A stretch of 64,000 nt of DNA from Gracilinanus agilis. Taxonomy: Eukaryota. Below are positions 58,401 to 64,000 of the stretch, one piece after another; within the stretch, counting starts at the first letter, position 1; each line of letters starts with the position of its first letter. Below the pieces are notes generated by a model that ran no database searches, had not been told where the DNA came from, and saw only the letters and a list, made by a program, of their open reading frames with translations. The translations under genes were made by a program, and so were the position numbers. The stretch is from positions 278,829,981 to 278,893,980 of the forward strand of contig NC_058135.1 of the NCBI RefSeq assembly GCF_016433145.1, given 5' to 3'.

Positions 58401-60816
58401 TAGGAGAAGCCTACCTGCCCATAAGAAATTCAGGACTCTGGCCCAAATGTACCACCTGCTCAGAACAAGTTGGTACAATTCTTTAGTCAATATCAGTGAT
58501 ATCTGCAAGACTGGCAAGAAAGAGGGAAGAAACTGCAGCCCTGGAAAGGGCAAATGTGCTCCTCTTCAACATAGAGAAGGGAATGGAGCCTGCAAACCAC
58601 AGGTCAGTGACTTAAAGTGCAGGGAAATTCTGGAGATGGTCAGTAAAGAGATGATTAATGAGCATCTGTAAAAGACACTGGTAGTTCCAATGTGCCAACA
58701 TCACTTCATTAAGAATAAATTATATTGGGAGAGGCTTGGTGGCCCAGAGGATGGAGTGTCAGGCTTAGAGACAGGAAGTCCTGGGTTCAGTGTGGCCTCA
58801 GACACTTTCTAGCTGGGTGACCCTGGACAAGTCATCCCCATTGCCTAGCCTTTACCACTCTTCTGCCTTGGACCTGATACCTTTCACTTAATATTGATTC
58901 CAAGATGGAAAGGAAAGGTTGATTAAAAAAAAAAGAGAGAGAATAAATCATGCCATTCTAATTGTCTTTCCTTTTCTGATGGGCCACCAAACTAGGATAT
59001 CAAGGGAATGCTAGAGATTGTGTCTGCCTAGCTTTTTATGGCTATCACTAACATTTCTAGAGCAATGTGTAAGGTTTATAAAGGGCTTTACGAAATCCAG
59101 GGAGGTAAGTGCTATTAATATCTCTTCCTCTCCCCACCCCCAGCCTTACTTTTTGTCTTTTTTTTTTTCTTTTAAACCCTTACCTTCCATCTTAGAATCA
59201 ATACTGTGTATTGGTTCCAAGGCAGAAGAATAGTAAGGGCTAAGCAATGAGGGTTAAGTGACTTGCCCAGGGGCTCACAGCTAGGAAGTAAAACCAAGGC
59301 TCCATGCTAGGCTCCTAGTTTCACACAGGGGGAATCCCCAAAAACCTTAGTTTATGAGAGGGAGTTTAAGGCCTTCAGGGACAAAGATGGGATTCACACC
59401 CAGGTCCTCTGACTCCAAACTGTTTTCTGGATAGTGCCATACTTTGGATTGAATGTTTTTATCAATGGTCTGGATAAAGGCAGAGATGGCATGCTTTATC
59501 ATACTGACAGATTAATAACAAAGCTGGGAGAGAGGGCTAACAGATTGGAGAAAAATCAAGACCTAAACTTGTAAGACAGAAGTGCAAGGGTTGGTCAACT
59601 GGGGTTAAAAGACTTGCCCTAAAACCTAAAAGTGGTCTCAAGAGATTGGAGCCTTCAGATGGATCTAATCGATGAAATTCAATGGAAACTCTCAGACTTG
59701 GGTTTAATAAACCAATTTCACAAGTATAGGCTGCTAATCAGACAGTAGTTGGTCTAAAGATCTGGAAGTTTTAGTGGACTACAAGCTGGATCTGAGTCAG
59801 CAGGGTGATGCTGTAGTCCAGATGATGTGGGAGGCAGCTGGGTGGCTCAGTGGATGGAGAGCCAGGCCTAGAGGCAAGAGGTCCCGGATTCAAATCTGAT
59901 CTCAGACATTTCCTAGCTGGGTGACCCTGGGTAAGTCACTTAAACCCCTATTGCCTAGCCCTTGCCACTCTTCTGCCTTGGAACCCACACATAGTATTTG
60001 CTCTGAGATGGAAGTTGAGGGTTTAAAAAAAAAAAAAAGAGTAAGAGTCAAAAGACCAGAGTTTGGGGCTGCTGCCTTAGAGAACTTTCTTACCACTCCT
60101 TTCAGTTATACCTGGAGCCACACTGCTTCTATTTCCTCTTTCCTCTCTGTCATCACTTCCATCCCAAAGTCCTAGACTTTCTCTCTTCCTCCTCCTCCTC
60201 CTCCCCATCAATTCTAGCTTGGATGGCCTGTGCCAACCCATGGCTCCATTCCCTCACCAGGGAACTTTGAGGACAAAGGTGGCCCTGACCCATCATAATG
60301 TAAACTGCAGTTTGGGGGCAGGCATCAACTCTGCTTTAGCATTTGGATCCTCAGTGCTCAATTTGATGCTTAGACGTAAAACTTAATTTTTTAATTCATT
60401 CATTCGTTTATCTGTTTGTTCATTCACTCATTTGTTCTCTCCTTTTTTTAGTCCATTCATTCTTGTCAAATGAAGACCAGGGGAAGGAAGCAGGATGCTC
60501 AGCCAGTGAAAGGAAAGATTAGGGGAATGGGGGCAGTGTTTAGGGAAGGTGGCAAACATAACATAACAAGCTAGCTGCTACTACAACTGCTACTGCTTTT
60601 TTCTTTCCTTTTTTTTTTTTTAAACAAAACTCATATCTTCCATTTTAGATCAACATTGTAGGGACTTTTCCTGCGGCGGAGCAGCCTCTTACCTTCTGCC
60701 TGCAAGAGAACATCACAGAACACGCCGCTCTGCTGCTGGTGATGGAGCTGCAGAAAAGCCAAGCGGAGGAGCCTGGGATTCCTGTAGAGGATTTTGGGGC
60801 TCTCAGGAGAGCACAT
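46439..60816 (-). CDS. BTBD18: BTB/POZ domain-containing protein 18, 714 aa, 2 coding exons
   Basis: Exons 60816-60693 (MCSPESPKILYRNPRLLRLAFLQLHHQQQSGVFCDVLLQAEG) and 48459-46439 (GEAVPAHCCILSACSPFF...BTB...SESETEVDVLT*); GT-AG, phase compatible, 2145 nt. Confidence 0.96.
48683..49326 (+). mobile_element. Solo LTR (marsupial ERV) in the BTBD18 intron
   Basis: Starts TGTAAA; TATAAAAA at 48780-48787; G/T-skewed body; AT-rich tail; candidate 4-bp TSD AAGC at 48679-48682 and 49327-49330. The 3' CA terminus is degenerate. Confidence 0.65.
50234..50418. mobile_element. Second non-autonomous hAT MITE (different family)
   Basis: TIRs CAGTGATTCCCAAAG / GTCTGGGAACCACTG; degenerate 8-bp TSD (atttatac / ctctatat, 5 of 8); sits within an L1 remnant. 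Confidence 0.8.
55500..57130 (+). mobile_element. 5'-truncated LINE-1 3' end in the BTBD18 intron
   Basis: ORF2 C-terminal remnant (YKAVIIKTIWYWLRKRVVDQ...WENW), a 3' UTR and an A-rich tail. Confidence 0.85.
58290..59820 (+). mobile_element. Ancient CR1/L3 LINE fragments interrupted by SINEs
   Basis: Degenerate CR1-like segments (e.g. ...atgattaatgagcatctg...; ...ttttagtggactacaagctgg...) split by SINE copies. Recognised by pattern only. Confidence 0.5.
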
Positions 60817-62849
60817 GATGGTCGTCCCAAGAACACTTTTCCCTGTTCACCAATTGAGTACCTGATAAGTAAGATGTGGTACTTCAGAGATTCCGTTCTA
60901 CTTTTTTTTTTTTTTAAACCCTCAATTCTAAGGCAGAAGAGCAACAAGGGCCAGGTAATGGAGGTTAGGTGACTCATCCAGGGACACACAGCTAGGAAGT
61001 ATCTGAGGCCAGATTAGACTAATATTTTATCTATTTTTTTTTCAAGTGGAAAGCAATAAGGGGAGAAAACAACCCAATTGTACAACCTTTCCCCCATAAC
61101 AATTCAGTGAAATGGGACTGGGGCTAGTACTGTGATGTCATTTTATAGGTGAGCGAACTGAGGTTCAAAGAGATGAAAGGATTCTCAGTCCCCAACTAAG
61201 TGCCTCGGTGGGAATGGCAGCCAACTTTCTCCGGAATCCAAGCTCTTTCCACTCCCTCCAGCCATGTGGAAAGATAAGGAACCTGAGGAACCTGGGGCTC
61301 CTCCACAAAGAAGTCCCTAGGAAAGGCCCCTTGGGTTTCCTAGACCCCAGCCCTTTCCTGGGTGGCTATGGCCTGCTGCATCCCCACTAACCAGCAGGGG
61401 GTGCAGCGTGTTTATGAGCCTTGACTGCCCAAGGAGCAGGACTGAACACAGGGAGAACAGGGAACCACCAGGGCCCTTTGCCTGCTGGGCCCCCAGTCCC
61501 TGAAGGAGGCCTGGCTCTATCCCTGGGTCCACACTGTGGTCTGAGGGATCTGTGCTCCCGAGAGGGCTGCATCTTCTGTCACTGGTTTCTCTCTATTCCC
61601 GCACATTTCATCACGTCTCTGGGCAGTGGTTCAGGAGGGGATCCCTAGCCTAGGAGACCCATCCTCCAGTGCCTTTTGTCACCAGCTCTCACCTGGACAT
61701 GAAGCTCTTACAGGTGCCCAGGCCCTGCGGGGGGGAGAGAAGGGAAAGAGGTATGCCTGGTGTGATAATTATATTTTTTCTCCCTTACACCGGTGCCCAG
61801 CGGAGGCCTGGCATAGACATGAGGGCTGGGGGCAGGAAGGAAGGAACTTATGATGGGGGGAGTGTAATCACACGCTTTCTAACCCACATCTTCTGTCTCA
61901 GAATCAGTACTGCAAATTGGTGCCAAAGCAGCAGGGCCATAAGGGATGGGCCACAGGGTTAAGTGACTGGCTCAACTAGGAAGCCTCAGAGGCCAGATTT
62001 GAACCTAGGCCTGGGTTCCTAGCTGGCCAGTCACTTCACCCCCCCCCCCCCCATCCCTCCAGGTAGCACAGCTGGGAAGCCCCAAGGCCAGGCCTGAGTG
62101 GGTCAGGCAGTATTTGAGGTGGGCCCTAAAGTGAAAGCTGGGAGCACAAAGAGGCTGCTGGGAGGGGGCCTTCCCGTGGGGGAGGGGAGTAACATGCTGC
62201 TGGCCTGGGACCTGGGGGCTGCTCAGGGAGAGGAGAAAGGCTAGACCTCTAGAAGGTTCTAGTAGCACTGGGCCCTGAAGATGCGAGTTAAAGGGTAGGA
62301 GAGTGCTGGGAAGGGCCTTCAAGGCCCTACCCGTCTGGTTCACTGGGCAGATGGTGAAACTGAGGTTGCGGGACACAGCGGTAAGGGCAAGGAGGCCAGA
62401 CTCTACTTAGACTCCCAGTGCATACGTGTCCTCTCCACGGGTGCCCACACTCACTCCAAAGGCAGGCGGGCAGCCTCCTGTCACCACATGCGGCTCTCTT
62501 TCTCTGTCGGGTGGGGTATAGGACACAAGTCAAGGCTAGGGGGAAGAGACAAGGGCAGAACAGTTAAGGGAGCTAAAGCATCCTACCATTCCCTTGCAAA
62601 GAAGGCCTGCTACAACGTAGGGGGAGGGAGAGAAGGCCCAGCATGCCGCAGGGCCTGGCGCCTGGGGGCACTGGGCCTCAGTTTTCCTCCCTAGCCTTCC
62701 CCTCTTCTCTCAGTGTCTAGTTGGCCCCCCGGGGCTGGCAGCACCACCCCGCCCCCCAACCTCTGATGCCCTGAAGGGGCACCGGGTCTGGGTCTGGGCC
62801 CTGGAGGAAGGGCTCGGAGTCCACCCACAGCACTTGTAGCCTACCCTTC

Positions 62850-63520
62850 CCCTCGTGCCCCACCCAGCTGCTTCAGGGCCCAGGTGGGGGCTTCACCTCT
62901 GGGCGCCCCCCTGGCGGGGTCCCTCCGGCAGCAGCTCAAGCACCCAGGCTGGCCCAGGGCCGCTTCCCGCCCCGACCACCCCAGGGGCGCAGCGGGAACC
63001 GGGAGCCAAGGTGGGCGTGGAAGGAAGGGCGGACCCCTGCAGCGCGGGGGTGCCTGGGAGGGCGGCCGGGCGGAGGCGGGCTCTCTGCGTCGTCGCGGCC
63101 ATGAGGGGCAGCGGGCTTACATGGTGCAGGTGCCGGCGCCGGCCGCAGGGGGCAGCGCGGGGCAGCGAGCTGGGGATCAGGGGCAGCGTGGAGCAGGCCA
63201 CGCGGCTCCAGAGAGCGCGGCGCCGGCGCCTAGTGGCCACGTGCCCCCCTCCCCACTGCCGCCTCTGCTGACACACTGCCTCCGCCTCGCCACTCAATTA
63301 GAACGCGGGCCCGGGCGCCCCCACCCAATGGCCTTCACTGGGCCTCTGTGTCGGGACCCGCCCCTTCCGCGTCTTCCCAGCAACGCCGTTTCCATTGGCC
63401 CGGGGGCGCCGCCGAAGCCCAATTGTGAGCCGAGAACCTGTTTGGGCGGGAGGAAGGAGGCCCCGTTTCTCAGGCCTTCGAGGCTGAGACGGTGGAGGGA
63501 AGCGGCGCAGAAGGAGCAGT
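62850..63520 (-). promoter_or_regulatory. CpG island: probable BTBD18 promoter and non-coding exon 1
   Basis: CpG-rich; CCAAT/ATTGG boxes near 63324, 63394 and 63419; minus-strand donor CAT|GTAAGC at 63121/63120; about 2.3 kb upstream of the BTBD18 ATG exon. Confidence 0.65.
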
Positions 63521-64000
63521 GAGAGCTCAACCCAGGGGCTCCAAGGCTTGGGCGGGGGTGAGGGAACCCAGGCAAGGGGGCTTAGTGTGTCGTGATAAAC
63601 GAGGGACCCTGCCCTGTGCACCCCTAAAGGTACTACCTTGTACCTCTGGAGCTTCCGGATAAAGCACTTCCGGTACAGCCTCGTCTGAGACCTCCTACTG
63701 AGAGCTGGCAAAATACCTCCCTGCCTTCGGGCAGCTCTTCTGACCCTTGGGGCCTCGGTGTCCTTTTTTGTAAAACGGGGTTGGGGGTGGGGTTCCATAG
63801 AGCCAACAGCATTAGAGGACCTGCCTCTGATTTTTCATTCAGGGACTTCTTTGCCCTGGGATCACTAGACTATTGTCTCCCCCCTCTGGGACACTTCCTG
63901 GCTAGACATTCCTTAAAAAAAAAAAGCGTTTTAAAATCGATGCGGTGTGTTGGTTCCAAGGCAAGAAAGTGCTAAGGGCTGGGCAGTTGGGGTCAAGTTA

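Noticed and set aside
62855-63798. Several ORFs of 93-212 aa in the terminal CpG island
   Set aside because: Stop-poor GC-rich sequence, mostly non-ATG starts, low complexity. I could not identify a CTNND1 exon here, although that gene follows in human synteny.

Overview
Mammalian, almost certainly marsupial genomic DNA (opossum/Monodelphis-like SINE, L1 and hAT repeats). It carries the gene run found on human 11q12.1: ZDHHC5 (+), MED19 (-), TMX2 (+), SELENOH (+), BTBD18 (-). All five CDSs could be rebuilt by hand from GT-AG exons with open frames: 714, 245, 296, 123 (including Sec) and 714 aa. MED19 and TMX2 share a bidirectional CpG promoter. Introns hold SINEs, L1/L2/CR1 remnants, two hAT MITEs, two solo LTRs and an ERV RT fragment. 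A 151-N gap lies in the ZDHHC5 3' UTR. I found no wholly new gene system. The best leads are regulatory: (1) a solo LTR with intact CCAAT/TATA, a degenerate poly(A) signal and an adjacent splice donor, pointing through TMX2 exon 1 into MED19; (2) tandem WDR5-binding-like motifs at the BTBD18 C-terminus; (3) a uORF-rich 1.1-kb ZDHHC5 leader; (4) a U12 intron in ZDHHC5; (5) a possible AUG created by splicing upstream of BTBD18; (6) tightly packed convergent 3' ends. Identifications rest on remembered human orthologue sequences and manual reading; no searches were run.
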